In this document: positions 25,301 through 28,464 of the stretch, one piece after another
Layout of the letters: every line of letters starts with the position of its first letter
How positions within the stretch are numbered: the stretch's first letter is position 1
Assembly (NCBI GenBank): GCA_965203445.1
Contig: OZ241883.1
Coordinates: 864,001 to 928,000, forward strand
DNA length: 64,000 nucleotides
Direction of reading: 5' to 3'
Source of the DNA: Candidatus Oxydemutator sp.
GTDB lineage: Bacteria > Pseudomonadota > Gammaproteobacteria > Poriferisulfidales > Oxydemutatoraceae
Notes under the pieces: model-generated
Told to the model about the DNA's origin: nothing
The model's database searches: none
The model's input: only the letters and a program-made list of their open reading frames with translations
Program-made: the position numbers and the translations under genes

Positions 25301-27233
25301 CGCCGCTGTCAATGAACAAATGGGAGATGGTGTGCCCGTTGCCGTCGAAGACCGCGGCGAAATTGATGGGTTGCCAACCCGCGCCTCCGTTCCAATAGGC
25401 GCCGTTGGAATCGGCCGCCGTTATCTCGCCGTCGCCATCGGTGTCGAAGTCCAGGTCGGCCAGCAATTCGTAGCCCTCGCAGACGGGCCAGCAGTCGGTG
25501 CTCGGAAAAGCGAGGACGTAGGCGGAGGTGTTGGCCTCGGGCACGCCGTCGCCGTTCTCGTCCCAGCGCATCGCGTGCAACTGCTCGAGCGTTCGCACTT
25601 CTATCAATCGCGAGTGCGAACCTTCGAGTATTGTCACCGTAAGCCGGTCCGGGTTTATCGTCACCCTCTCGGGAGCAGGCGCCCCCGCAACAAAACCCAA
25701 GCGCACGGTGAACGTCTCCGAACTCTCGACGACGTCATCGGCGATCAAAGCGACGTCGTGGCACAGCCTGCGGTTGCCGCCGTCCAGGGGACCTACCACC
25801 GTGGCGGAAGACACGTAGTCGTCGCCCGCTACGGCGCTGCCGTCCGCCGTGGTCACACTCAGAAACAGACTGCTCCTCTCTATCGCGTCGCCGGCGCTCG
25901 GATCCGTGATTGCGACGCACACCGAGGCCGGCGCTCCAGCGCCCTCATTCACGACTATCGCAGTGTCCTCGAAACCGACGGTAATTTCGTCGTCCTCGGC
26001 TATCGTGACCTCCGTTACCGCGGGATTGACGGTGACTCTTGGCAACGTCTGGCCCTGGGGCGCGGTCAAGTCCAGGAAAAAGCTCTCGTTGTCTTCGGGT
26101 ATCGCATCGTCGGTGATCGCAATGGCGAAGCACTGACGCCGAGTCCTATTCGAGAACGGCCCGACGTCCTGCCGATTGATCGAAGTAAAGTCGTTGGTGC
26201 CGGCGGTGCCCGGCCTGGTCGAGACGTTCAGACTGAACGGCGACCTCTCTATAGGCTGCGCATTCGACGGCGTGGCCACGGCCACGCATACGGTAATCCC
26301 GCCACCGCCCTCAGCCGCGCTATAGGAGGTTCTTGCAAAACCGACTACAACCGGGTCGTCGTCCTCTATCGTCACCGTCGCCGTGCGCGTGGATTCCGAA
26401 TAACCGGCGCTCACCAGCCGCAACGGGATGGTCTCCGCTTCCTCCGGTATCGCGTCGTCAATGATGCTGATCGTTACATCGGTGCGCGTGGTGCCCGACG
26501 CATTCAACGAAAACGCGACCGACGACGTCGACACGTCGTAATGAAAGAACGCAGCACCTCCCGACAGCGTCAGCAGCGTGCCGTCGTCCAACGCCGTCAC
26601 CGTGCCGGTGACCGAAAAATCGCTTATCCTCAGCGCCTCGTCCGAAAGCCGCACCGTCGTCGTAACGACACTGCCGGAGCTTTCAACCGCCGAATACGTC
26701 GAACTGGTGAAAACCACCGGCGGCCCCGTCAATTCGGGCGGCGACCCACGCTGCCGTTGGACGTCGAAGCCGCCATATTGCAGTGCCGGATACTGAGTCG
26801 ACGTGCCAAAATCCCACGGATCGTCGTTGCCGTCGTAGTCCCTGTTGCGCGCCGATACCGCGATGGTGATTTGAAAAGTGGCGGTATCGCCGTCCTCGTC
26901 GGTGGCGATCAGCCGATGGGTGGCGGTGCTGGTGCTCGCCGCCGGCGTGCCCCGGATGGTTCCGCTCCGGGTCGTGGCGGACTGGTCGTGGATCAGCCCC
27001 TGCGGCAGCGAGGACAGACTCGAGTAGGTCAGCGTGCCGTCGCCGCCCGACGCCTGCGGCAGAGGCAGGGAAACCGGCCGACCGACGACGAAGAGCCAGG
27101 TGACGGACGAAGGCGTGAACGACGGTGTTCTGTCGTCGGGCTGCGCGTACGCGTGCGCGCCGACGAGAATATTGCAGGCGAGGGCGAAAGCGACGAACGA
27201 CACCACGCCGCCGATGCCCGGGCGCCGCGTCAT
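1..27233 (-). CDS. Giant secreted repetitive adhesin/surface protein (>=9,077 aa, 3' end outside window)
   Basis: ATG at 27233 reads MTRRPGIGGVVSFVAFALACNILVGAHAYA|QPDD (Sec signal, AYA site). The same frame at the window start reads ...ATFTAPEQLATTAVLVFELTVTDERGAAGTATVSVAVRAGE. All long + shadow ORFs (462, 4695, 7989, 11610, 13398, 15990, 18015, 19845, 20985, 24246) share this register, and the track lists no stop-terminated ORF in this frame. Domains read by eye: He_PIG/Ig-like, Calx-beta-like, four GLUG-type modules, a cadherin-like beta-sandwich, then ~100-aa PKD-like repeats. Alternative GTG start at 27275. Confidence 0.88.
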   Translation of the reverse strand, partial: MTRRPGIGGVVSFVAFALACNILVGAHAYAQPDDRTPSFTPSSVTWLFVVGRPVSLPLPQASGGDGTLTYSSLSSLPQGLIHDQSATTRSGTIRGTPAASTSTATHRLIATDEDGDTATFQITIAVSARNRDYDGNDDPWDFGTSTQYPALQYGGFDVQRQRGSPPELTGPPVVFTSSTYSAVESSGSVVTTTVRLSDEALRISDFSVTGTVTALDDGTLLTLSGGAAFFHYDVSTSSVAFSLNASGTTRTDVTISIIDDAIPEEAETIPLRLVSAGYSESTRTATVTIEDDDPVVVGFARTSYSAAEGGGGITVCVAVATPSNAQPIERSPFSLNVSTRPGTAGTNDFTSINRQDVGPFSNRTRRQCFAIAITDDAIPEDNESFFLDLTAPQGQTLPRVTVNPAVTEVTIAEDDEITVGFEDTAIVVNEGAGAPASVCVAITDPSAGDAIERSSLFLSVTTADGSAVAGDDYVSSATVVGPLDGGNRRLCHDVALIADDVVESSETFTVRLGFVAGAPAPERVTINPDRLTVTILEGSHSRLIEVRTLEQLHAMRWDENGDGVPEANTSAYVLAFPSTDCWPVCEGYELLADLDFDTDGDGEITAADSNGAYWNGGAGWQPINFAAVFDGNGHTISHLFIDSGDAARSDRGLFGVLRSGGVIRALGLLDVNIRSGGSNAGALAGSMHTGSTITASYVADGQVVGAWGTGGLVGWQQGDVVASYASVSVTGSVVGGLVGAQGAPAAVIASYAIGRVRSTRPAGDVQQHGALIGRNADCSGGCTVAASYYNAVLSGFSHSNGGTSRTIGNLQTPTSYDDTAGNAGVAIYAAWNVDVDGDGVADDPWDFGTASQFPASKHERAGAQISAQFARASAPLAFPQATISNAHSTTPGYIFLRRRVAFQMTLPPAAGGFAPLRYTVSPSLPGNFSLDPATRVLSGRADAPGNAVAAGIYGPYTYTATDRANRTATATFYLDVRMLDYDANGNGLIEINDVRQLDAIRWDLNGNGRVDAGADAAAYGAGFPLLDPQVDCGGRCSGYELARDLSFPTTGRVSWRPIGGLNNDFTATFHGNGRVISNLYINSADNYAGLFGSIGGGGEVLGVGLANADVTSRGHRVGGIAGRSAGRIGACYVTGAVSGRDAGGLVGELAGGGTVVASYAAASVTGVGRVGGLVGRSAGTIRYSYARGAVIPGGTGSFGGLVGHSFRGSRVIDSGWDRQTSGWSVSGGGGLAASTADLLSSALSLYSSWQSADVDGDNAADSPWSIANGFYPVLQYRNFRPAEQPREAPPVDPGTGPSGTDYDLDNDGLIEVRNVAQMNAIRHDLDGDGMPTNAASYDSAFPTRRQGMGCPSSGCRGYELGSNLNVGSSQWDPIGDANTPFNATFDGNSYEISGTNLGGGTANNRLSIYRFDNDYVGLFGYVGSSGTIVGLGLRNVLVVGRNYVGGLAGRNDGTIAACYATGGTWFRSGNRGTVETQAVYSHIANAFTEVGGLVGRNEGTIIASYATASVEARRSVGGLVGTNVNDRGTIIASYATGNPEGGFASFSCGLTVAHPALRWGGTVTDSYWSNANTVGSFCAGTGQSPAGLQGPTTYTGIYANWNVDLDGDDVADDPWNFGTSSQYPTLRAHALSPAPPPVLSDDATLGALVVSDGTLTPAFDSGVTRYRANVASGLMRLTVTATKANAAATVRIEPADADSTMLGHQVDLGAGETVITAEVTAQDPAYVTTYAVTVVRDLFPSFGGAEAPSLTLSLNVFNPPTFLPQASGGDGALSYRISPPLPAGVTHTAPTAIGGTPIAGHSTTTYVLTVSDEDGDTDTLTFELAVTVVPVVVDVSLGGRQGRTDTYTAGDTIEAQVRFDNPISVNGSPELEVGLENPASVRFPQVTTDTNTLLIFRAVVQTTWSDVGGLSIAADAIKLGAGESVVSESGNPVNLDLGVHAVVNSTRHRVDGRIALPPVVNSVRLDGTTRAGGAFRWRDVITAYVGFDRPVAVTGTPQLALTIGTTDARASFAGLEADGSLRFEYRVRTPDRDDDGIDISARALTTPAAAAIRSATGGADANLDLGAHTVTRGPRTNVLGNVHPTFAADARQTTRTILVGQRPDLVFGLYIELPRASGGDGNLSYGVSEETASFLQTLQLQIPDPASPRLRSVTFQIGNNPGTYVLEFIAHDEDADRSETDSATLLVPFVIRRPQPPFFTPASIQRLFTVGEPVSFNLPQASGGFGRVTYSNLPSLSQGLRHDQPTTAQIGTIIGTPTTKSGPDTYRISVTDEDGNTAVLTITIAVSERNRSYDLDGDHLIEVGNESQLNAIRWDLDGDGVPVGSAVVSYHEAFPDGRADMGCRDGRCLGYELSSDVSPRSGWNPIGNRNDSFNATFQGNGYAIRSLAINLLADSNDQGRPDYTLGNAGDDAGLFGQVGSGGMIVGVGLPDVRVAGRNSIGALAGRNFGTIAACYAMRELTTQQLPQIGSIRASIFGRSQIGGLVGYNAGTIVASYAAINIGRVASGVGSYYGLSGGLVGLNHGVVTASYTLSTGQSGGLVGEGLSTARVANSYWDTDRSRQQSSAGGTPGTTRELQSPTTYTGIYTTWNVDVDNDGAVDTPWDFGSDLQYPALRYANFDVGLQRPNQSPIADAGLDQTVTEGAVVTLDGSASRDSDTRQPVSYQWRQVRGPNVTLTGAATARPTFRAPTQLAETVLLVFWLNVRDSGGLLSPSDALMITVTPGQNDAPTANAGPDQTVAEGEVVTLDGTGSSDPENESLTYHWTRIAGRDVVLADDSAAVTTFAAPTQLVQDQELEFFLIVSDTRGLPSVASPQRDEASTNTVVITVRAGPNDAPEVNAGMDLTVGEGELVTLRGAANDPEGENLRYQWSQTSGQPLVTLRDATSATATFTAPRGLAAATTLGFALRATDERNMATTDTVIVTVELGANTPPTVDAGLDQVTTEGETVTLRGVADDSEGGRLMYSWRQTGGLDVARVALGGATTATATFTAPPQLATTATLEFTLTVTDVRNASSSDRVLVRVRPGPNDAPTADAGSDQTVTERAMVTLDGSASNDPEREMLTYQWSQISGQPTVALSGATSSVATFTAPTGLAEATVLGFALRVVDERDLAATATVAVTVELGANTPPVVEAGPNQVVDEGAEVALRGSASDTEGGALAYRWEQIGGRDAGLGTPMTAAATFTAPLQLVETATLVFRLTVTDVRDAAGTDTVSVEVRAGANDAPVADAGADQVVDEGDVVTLDGTGSSDPEDEVLVYGWRQIGGRSVTLTNALSVTTTFAAPVQLRSNETLSFVLVVTDTRGLSSPREAQSGDDTTNTVVITVRAGPNDAPEVDAVPAQVVSEGAVVVLIGSARDLEGDALRYRWFQTGAGSNPLRSYFVNLEGFGESRRTTFTAPPQLVNDEDLEFALYVEDDRGGRAAPVSVVITVQAGPNDAPVVDAGDDRFVSEGQTVTLRGSAFDLEGERLSLQWSQTSGQPLVTLTGATSINASFVAPSGLSEAAVLGFALRATDARDLATTATVVITVEAGANTTPTANAGPDQVVSEGAVVILDGTGSSDPQDHRLTYQWRQTGGVDVARVSLSDASSATPSFRAPTQLQADAQLEFTLVVADVHGLGSDPTPERTGNTTNTVVITVQAGANDAPEADAGGNQVVQEGELVTLNGDGSTDPEREELRYAWRQISGGRVTLTGATIGVASTATFTAPMQLVATATLVFELTVTDARDATDADVVVVEVRAGENDAPTVQVGEDQSVSESAVVVLTGSGSDAENETLRYRWSQTVGRRVTLTDAQSLTTTFAAPSQLVDDEVLEFLLVATDERGESSTRSRIRNQSVGGEITTNTVVVTVRAGPNDAPTADAGLAQVVSEGAVVILDGTGSSDPEEEVLLYGWSQTRGVRVTLTNAVSVTASFTAPMQLLSDEELGFVLRVTDTRGAVSTASVVVTVRAGENDAPEADAGLAQVVSEGAVVILDGGASRDPEEELLTYQWSQTAGRSVTLTGVLSVTASFTAPLQLVSDETLEFSLRVRDAQGERSPTATVVITVRAGPNDAPTAYVGLDQVVSEGAVVVLIGSARDPEGDALRYRWIQTGGGSNPSVRVYPVDLEGFGESRRTTFTAPSQLINDEDLEFTLYVNDERGANAAPASVVVTVQAGPNDAPVADAGADQVVDEGDVVTLRGFGRDPERENLVYGWRQVSGSMVELTDASVANPMFTAPVQLASDEELEFFLVVSDTRGLSSSRSEDSTNTVLITVRAGANDAPTADAGADQVVDEGQLVTLAGTGSDPEEEDLVYGWRQISGSQVSLHDATARSTTFLAPVQLVSSETLTFVLVATDTRGLSSPRERQLSDRTTNTVVITVRPGENDAPVADAGADQVVDEGDVVTLAGTGSDPENEMLVYGWRQISGSQVSLHDATARSTTFLAPVQLASSETLTFVLVATDTRGLSSPVERQLSDQTTNTVVITVRPGENDAPVADAGDDQVVDENAVVVLSGAGRDEEAEMLGYDWRQIGGRRVALTNAQSVTATFTAPEQLATTATLVFELTVTDARDAMGTATVSVAVRPGPNDAPVADAGADQMVDEGDVVTLAGTGNDPEDEMLVYGWRQISGSQVSLHDAGARSTTFVAPEQLVSDETLTFVLVATDTRGLSSPRERQLSGQTTNTVVITVRAGENDAPVADAGDDQVVGEGEMVTLDGDGSDDPEREELRYGWRQIGGGRVALTGATVGATTTATFTAPEQLAETATLVFELTVTDARDAVGTDTVVITVRPGENDAPTADAGADQVVGEGEVVTLDGTGSSDPEREELGYDWRQVSGRGVTLTNAQSVTATFTAPMQLAETATLVFRLTVTDGRNASSSAEVLVEVLPGPNDAPVVSAGRNQIVGEGEEVVLRGVAFDPENETLRYQWSQTSGQPTVVLSGATSSVATFTSPSGLAEAAVLGFALRATDERGLATTARVAVRVELGTNTPPMVDAGSDQVVDEGAEVTLRGSATDAEGGVLSYRWEQIGGGDVVLGNPTSSVATFTAPVQLAETATLVFRLTVTDRRDASSSAEVSVEVLPGPNDAPVADAGADQVVDEGEMVTLDGDGSNDPEREELRYGWRQIGGGRVTLTGATIGSRTTATFTALEQLAETATLVFELTVTDARDAIGTATVSVEVRPGPNDAPVADAGADRMVDEGDVVTLDGVGRDPEEEDLVYGWRQISGSQVSLHDAGARSTTFVAPEQLVSDETLTFVLVATDTRGLSSPAERQLSGQTTNTVVITVRAGENDAPIADAGDDQVVGEGEMVTLDGDGSSDLEREELRYGWRQIGGGRVTLTGATIGATTTATFTAPMQLAETATLVFELTVTDARDATGTDTVVVEVVPGENDAPTADAGLDQVVDEGEMVTLDGTGSSDLEREELGYDWRQVSGRGVTLTNAQSVTATFTAPMQLAETATLVFRLTVTDGRNASSSAEVSVEVLPGPNDAPVVSAGRNQIVGEGEEVVLRGVAFDPENEMLRYQWSQTSGQPTVVLSGATSSVATFTSPSGLAEAAVLMFALRATDERGLATTARVAVRVELGTNTPPVVDAGSDQVVDEGAEVTLRGSATDAEGGVLSYRWEQIGGGDVVLGNPTSSVATFTAPEQLAETATLVFRLTVTDRRDASSSAEVSVEVLPGENDAPVADAGADQVVDEGDVVTLAGVGRDPENEMLVYGWRQISGSQVSLHDAAARSTTFVAPVQLASSETLTFVLVATDTRGLSSPAERQLSGQTTNTVVITVRPGENDAPTADAGADQMVDEGDVVTLDGVGRDPEEEDLVYGWRQISGSQVSLHDAGARSTTFVAPEQLVSNETLTFVLVVTDTRGLSSPVERQLSGQTTNTVVITVRAGENDAPLADAGDDQVVDEGEMVTLDGDGSSDLEREELRYGWRQIGGGRVALTGATVGATTTATTAMFTAPVQLAATATLVFELTVTDARDAVGTDTVVITVRAGENDAPVADAGADQVVDEGEVVTLDGTGSSDLEREELRYDWRQVSGRGVTLTNAQSVTATFTAPMQLAETATLVFRLTVADGRNASSSAEVSVEVLPGPNDAPVVSAGRNQIVGEGEEVVLRGVAFDPENEMLRYQWSQTSGQPTVVLSGATSSVATFTSPSGLAEAAVLGFALRATDERGLATTAQVVVRVELGTNTPPVVDAGSDQVVDEGAEVTLRGSATDAEGGVLSYRWEQISGGDVVLGNPTSSVATFTAPEQLAETATLVFRLTVTDRRDASSSAEVSVEVLPGENDAPVADAGADQVVDEGDVVTLDGVGRDPENEMLVYGWRQISGSQVSLHDAAARSTTFVAPVQLASSETLTFVLVATDTRGLSSPAERQLSGQTTNTVVITVRPGENDAPTADAGADQMVDEGEVVTLAGDGSDPENEMLVYGWRQISGSQVSLHDAGARSTTFVAPEQLVSDETLTFVLVATDTRGLSSPRERQLSGQTTNTVVITVRAGENDAPLADAGDDQVVDEGEMVTLDGDGSRDPEREELRYGWRQIGGGRVTLTGATIGSRTTATFTAPMQLAETATLVFELTVTDARDAVGTDTVVVEVVPGENDAPTADAGADQVVGEGEVVTLDGTGSSDPEREELGYDWRQVSGRGVTLTNAQSVTATFTAPMQLAETATLVFRLTVTDGRNASSSAEVLVEVLPGPNDAPVVSAGRNQIVGEGEEVVLRGVAFDPENEMLRYQWSQTSGQPTVVLSGATSSVATFTSPSGLAEAAVLMFALRATDERGLATTARVAVRVELGTNTPPVVDAGSDQVVDEGAEVTLRGSATDAEGGVLSYRWEQIGGGDVVLGSPTSSVATFTAPEQLAETATLVFRLTVTDRRDASSSAEVSVEVLPGENDAPVADAGADQVVDEGDVVTLDGVGRDPENEMLVYGWRQISGSQVSLHDAGARRTTFVAPVQLASSETLTFVLVATDTRGLSSPAERQLSGQTTNTVVITVRPGENDAPTADAGADQMVDEGDVVTLAGDGSDPENEMLVYGWRQISGSQVSLHDAGARSTTFVAPEQLVSDETLTFVLVATDTRGLSSPVERQLSGQTTNTVVITVRAGANDAPIADAGDDQVVDEGEMVTLDGDGSRDPEREELRYGWRQIGGGRVTLTGATIGSRTTVTFTAPMQLAETATLVFELTVTDARDAVGTDTVVVEVVPGENDAPTADAGADQVVGEGEMVTLDGTGSRDPEREELGYDWRQVSGRGVTLTNAQSVTATFTAPMQLAETATLVFRLTVTDGRNASSSAEVSVEVLPGPNDAPVVSAGREQIVGEGEEVVLRGVAFDPENEMLRYQWSQTSGQPTVVLSGATSSVATFTSPSGLAEAAVLGFALRATDERGLATTARVVVRVELGTNTPPVVDAGSDQVVDEGAEVTLRGSATDTEGGVLSYRWEQIGGGDVGLGNPMVAVATFTAPMQLAETATLVFRLTVTDGRDASSSAEVSVEVLPGENDAPVADAGADQVVDEGDVVTLDGVGRDPENEMLVYGWRQISGSQVSLHDAAARSTTFVAPVQLVSSETLTFVLVATDTRGLSSPVGRQLSDDTTNTVVITVRPGANDAPVADAGADQMVDEGDVVTLDGVGSDPENEMLVYGWRQISGSMVSLHDAAARSTTFVAPEQLVSDETLTFVLVATDTRGLSSPRERQLSGQTTNTVVITVRAGENDAPLADAGDDQVVDEGEMVTLDGDGSRDPEREELRYGWRQIGGGRVTLTGATIGSRTTATFTAPMQLAETATLVFELTVTDARDAVGTDTVVVEVVPGENDAPTADAGADQVVGEGEVVTLDGTGSSDPEREELGYDWRQVSGRGVTLTNAQSVTATFTAPMQLAETATLVFRLTVTDGRNASSSAEVSVEVLPGPNDAPTADAGADQVVDEGDVVTLAGAGSDPENEMLVYGWRQISGSQVSLHDVAARSTTFLAPVQLASSETLTFVLVATDTRGLSSPAERQLSGQTTNTVVITVRPGANDAPTADAGDDQVVDEGEMVTLDGDGSSDLEREDLTYGWRQVGGRGVTLTNAQSVTATFTALVQLAETATLVFELTVTDARDATGTDTVVVEVVPGENDAPTADAGDDQVVDENAVVVLSGAGSDPEREMLRYSWSQTVGRKVTLTNAQSVTATFTAPEQLATTAVLVFELTVTDARGASGTATVSVTVRAGENDAPTADAGADQMVDEGDVVTLDGVGRDPENEMLVYGWRQISGSQVSLHDAGARSTTFVAPEQLVSNETLTFVLVVTDTRGLSSPVERQLSGQTTNTVVITVRAGENDAPLADAGDDQVVDEGEMVTLDGDGSSDLEREELRYGWRQIGGGRVALTGATVGATTTATTAMFTAPVQLAATATLVFELTVTDARDATGTDTVVITVRAGENDAPVADAGDDQVVDEGEMVTLDGTGSSDLEREELRYDWRQVSGRGVTLTNAQSVTATFTAPMQLAETATLVFRLTVTDGRNASSSAEVSVEVLPGPNDAPVVSARRSRIVGEGEEVVLRGVAFDPENETLRYQWSQTSGQPTVMLSGATSSVATFTSPSGLAEATVLIFALRATDERGLATTALVVVRVELETNTPPVVDAGSDQVVDEGAEVTLRGSATDAEGGVLSYRWEQIGGGDVVLGNPTSSVATFTAPVQLAETATLVFRLMVTDRRDASSSAEVSVEVLPGENDAPTADAGADQVVDEGQLVTLAGDGSDPENEMLVYGWRQISGSQVSLHDAGARSTTFVAPVQLASSETLTFVLVATDTRGLSSPAERQLSGQTTNTVVITVRPGENDAPTADAGLAQVVSEGAVVILDGGASGDPEKEALAYGWSQTRGVRVTLRNATLVTASFTAPMQLVSDEELEFALRVTDTRGAGSTTATVVITVQAGENDAPTADAGADQVVDEGEVVTLAGVGRDPEDEMLVYGWRQISGSQVSLHDAAARSTTFLAPVQLVSSETLTFVLVATDTRGLSSPRERQLSDQTTNTVVITVRPGENDAPVADAGDDQVVDENAIVVLSGAGRDAEEEMLVYDWRQVGGRRVTLTNAQSVTATFTAPEQLATTAVLVFELTVTDERGAAGTATVSVAVRAGE

Positions 27234-27505
27234 GCGACGCTCATTCCTGACTACGCAAGTGAACAGTTTCCGCACAAAAAATTATTCTTATTTTATGTAT
27301 CAAAACCCGCACGTGGTCACGGCACCAAGCGGCTTTCTACCACGGTGGTCTTAGCGGACGAGGTTTGCGGATTTTGGGACAGAACATTATACCCCAGCAG
27401 GCCGGTTTCGGAAAACCGCCAATAGTCTCGTAAAATCATACGATTAGGTTCCCTTATATCCCCTCGGCCACCCTCGCCGGCCATTCCCCTCGCCTGCGCG
27501 CCGAT

Positions 27506-27552
27506 TGTATAAGGCCAGAAACACGCCGGACGGATCGTGGTGGCCGCATACA
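27506..27552. mobile_element. 47-bp miniature element made of both ends of the IS481-like element
   Basis: TGTATAAGGCCAGAAACA matches the IS end at 34104 (TGTATAGGGCCAGAAACA, 17/18). The other end read inward, TGTATGCGGCCACCAC, matches the IS end at 33009 (TGTACGGGGCCACCAC, 14/16). Confidence 0.7.
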
Positions 27553-27557
27553 GATTG

Positions 27558-27586
27558 TTGATAAAACGGCGACTATTCTTTATAGT
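27558..27586 (+). promoter_or_regulatory. Sigma70-like promoter
   Basis: TTGATA-N17-TATAGT. Confidence 0.6.
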
Positions 27587-27642
27587 AATTGCCCGGTTCG
27601 GCCGAAGAGTCTTTTCACTCACTTTATACGGAAATTCGCGCC

Positions 27643-27717
27643 ATGGAATTGTACCGCTCCGTCGTTATCGTCCTCGGCGTCGTCATCATGACGGCCGCTT
27701 TTCTGCTGGCCCGGTAA
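27643..27717 (+). CDS. Putative 24-aa single-TM small protein
   Basis: MELYRSVVIVLGVVIMTAAFLLAR*, host-like GC3 codons, 56 bp downstream of the promoter; weak RBS. Confidence 0.4.
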   Translation: MELYRSVVIVLGVVIMTAAFLLAR

Positions 27718-27774
27718 TCCGTCATCCGGGCCGTCATCCAAAAAATCCATTCCGAAGGCTTATTCCGAAGGGAC

Positions 27775-28464
27775 GTGATCCCAGGCCGGCGGCGGCCGCG
27801 CCACCAGGCGCGGGTGGCGCGGCGGGCGCGCCTTGTATTCGCGGCGGCGTGCGCCACGTGCGCGTTAGGCGCGGCGCAAAACGCCGGCGCGCTGTCCATC
27901 GTCGAACAAAAAAAGGTCGAGAACGACATCGCCGAGATGCTGTTCGTCGCCGAGGCGCAAAGCGTCGGGCGGCTGGGCGCGGCGGCGGACGCCGACGCCG
28001 CGATAGACTGGGCGTTGTCGCACAGCGCGGCCTACCCGAACGTGCGCATGGCCGCGTCGAACGTGCACGCGGTGCAACGCTACGACAGCCGCAGCGGGCG
28101 GCGCACGTGGCTCGCGCGGCGCGAGCTGCGCCTGGAGAGCAAAAACACCGAACGCCTGGCGCTGCTCGCCGGCGCGTTGCTCGCGCGCCTCAAGATCAGC
28201 CGCGCGCGCTTCAAGCTGTCCGAGCGCCTGCGCCGCATGACCGAGGTGCAGTTGATGAGCAGCGCGATGAAGCGCTTCGAGCGCGAGAAGCCGGCGACGG
28301 TCGAGCGCCCGAACTCCATCGAGGTCACCGTGGACAATCTGGGGCGCGCCGAAATGCCGCGGCTGGAGAGCCTGCTTGGCGGCGCCAAGCCGGGCGACGA
28401 ACAAATCCGGCCGGGATACAGCGTCATACGAATCACGTTGCGCACGCGCGATGCCCCGCGCTGA
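27775..28464 (+). CDS. SIMPL/DUF541-like periplasmic protein
   Basis: Signal-like N-terminus; VENDIAEMLFVAEAQ...WLARRELRLES pattern; overlaps ubiA start; start uncertain. Confidence 0.55.
   Translation: MIPGRRRPRHQARVARRARLVFAAACATCALGAAQNAGALSIVEQKKVENDIAEMLFVAEAQSVGRLGAAADADAAIDWALSHSAAYPNVRMAASNVHAVQRYDSRSGRRTWLARRELRLESKNTERLALLAGALLARLKISRARFKLSERLRRMTEVQLMSSAMKRFEREKPATVERPNSIEVTVDNLGRAEMPRLESLLGGAKPGDEQIRPGYSVIRITLRTRDAPR

Noticed and set aside
462-27425. Very long Arg/His-rich + strand ORFs (up to 1378 aa) and Gly/Arg-rich - strand ORFs
   Set aside because: Antisense or off-frame shadows of the giant adhesin; all long + ORFs share its codon register and have implausible composition.
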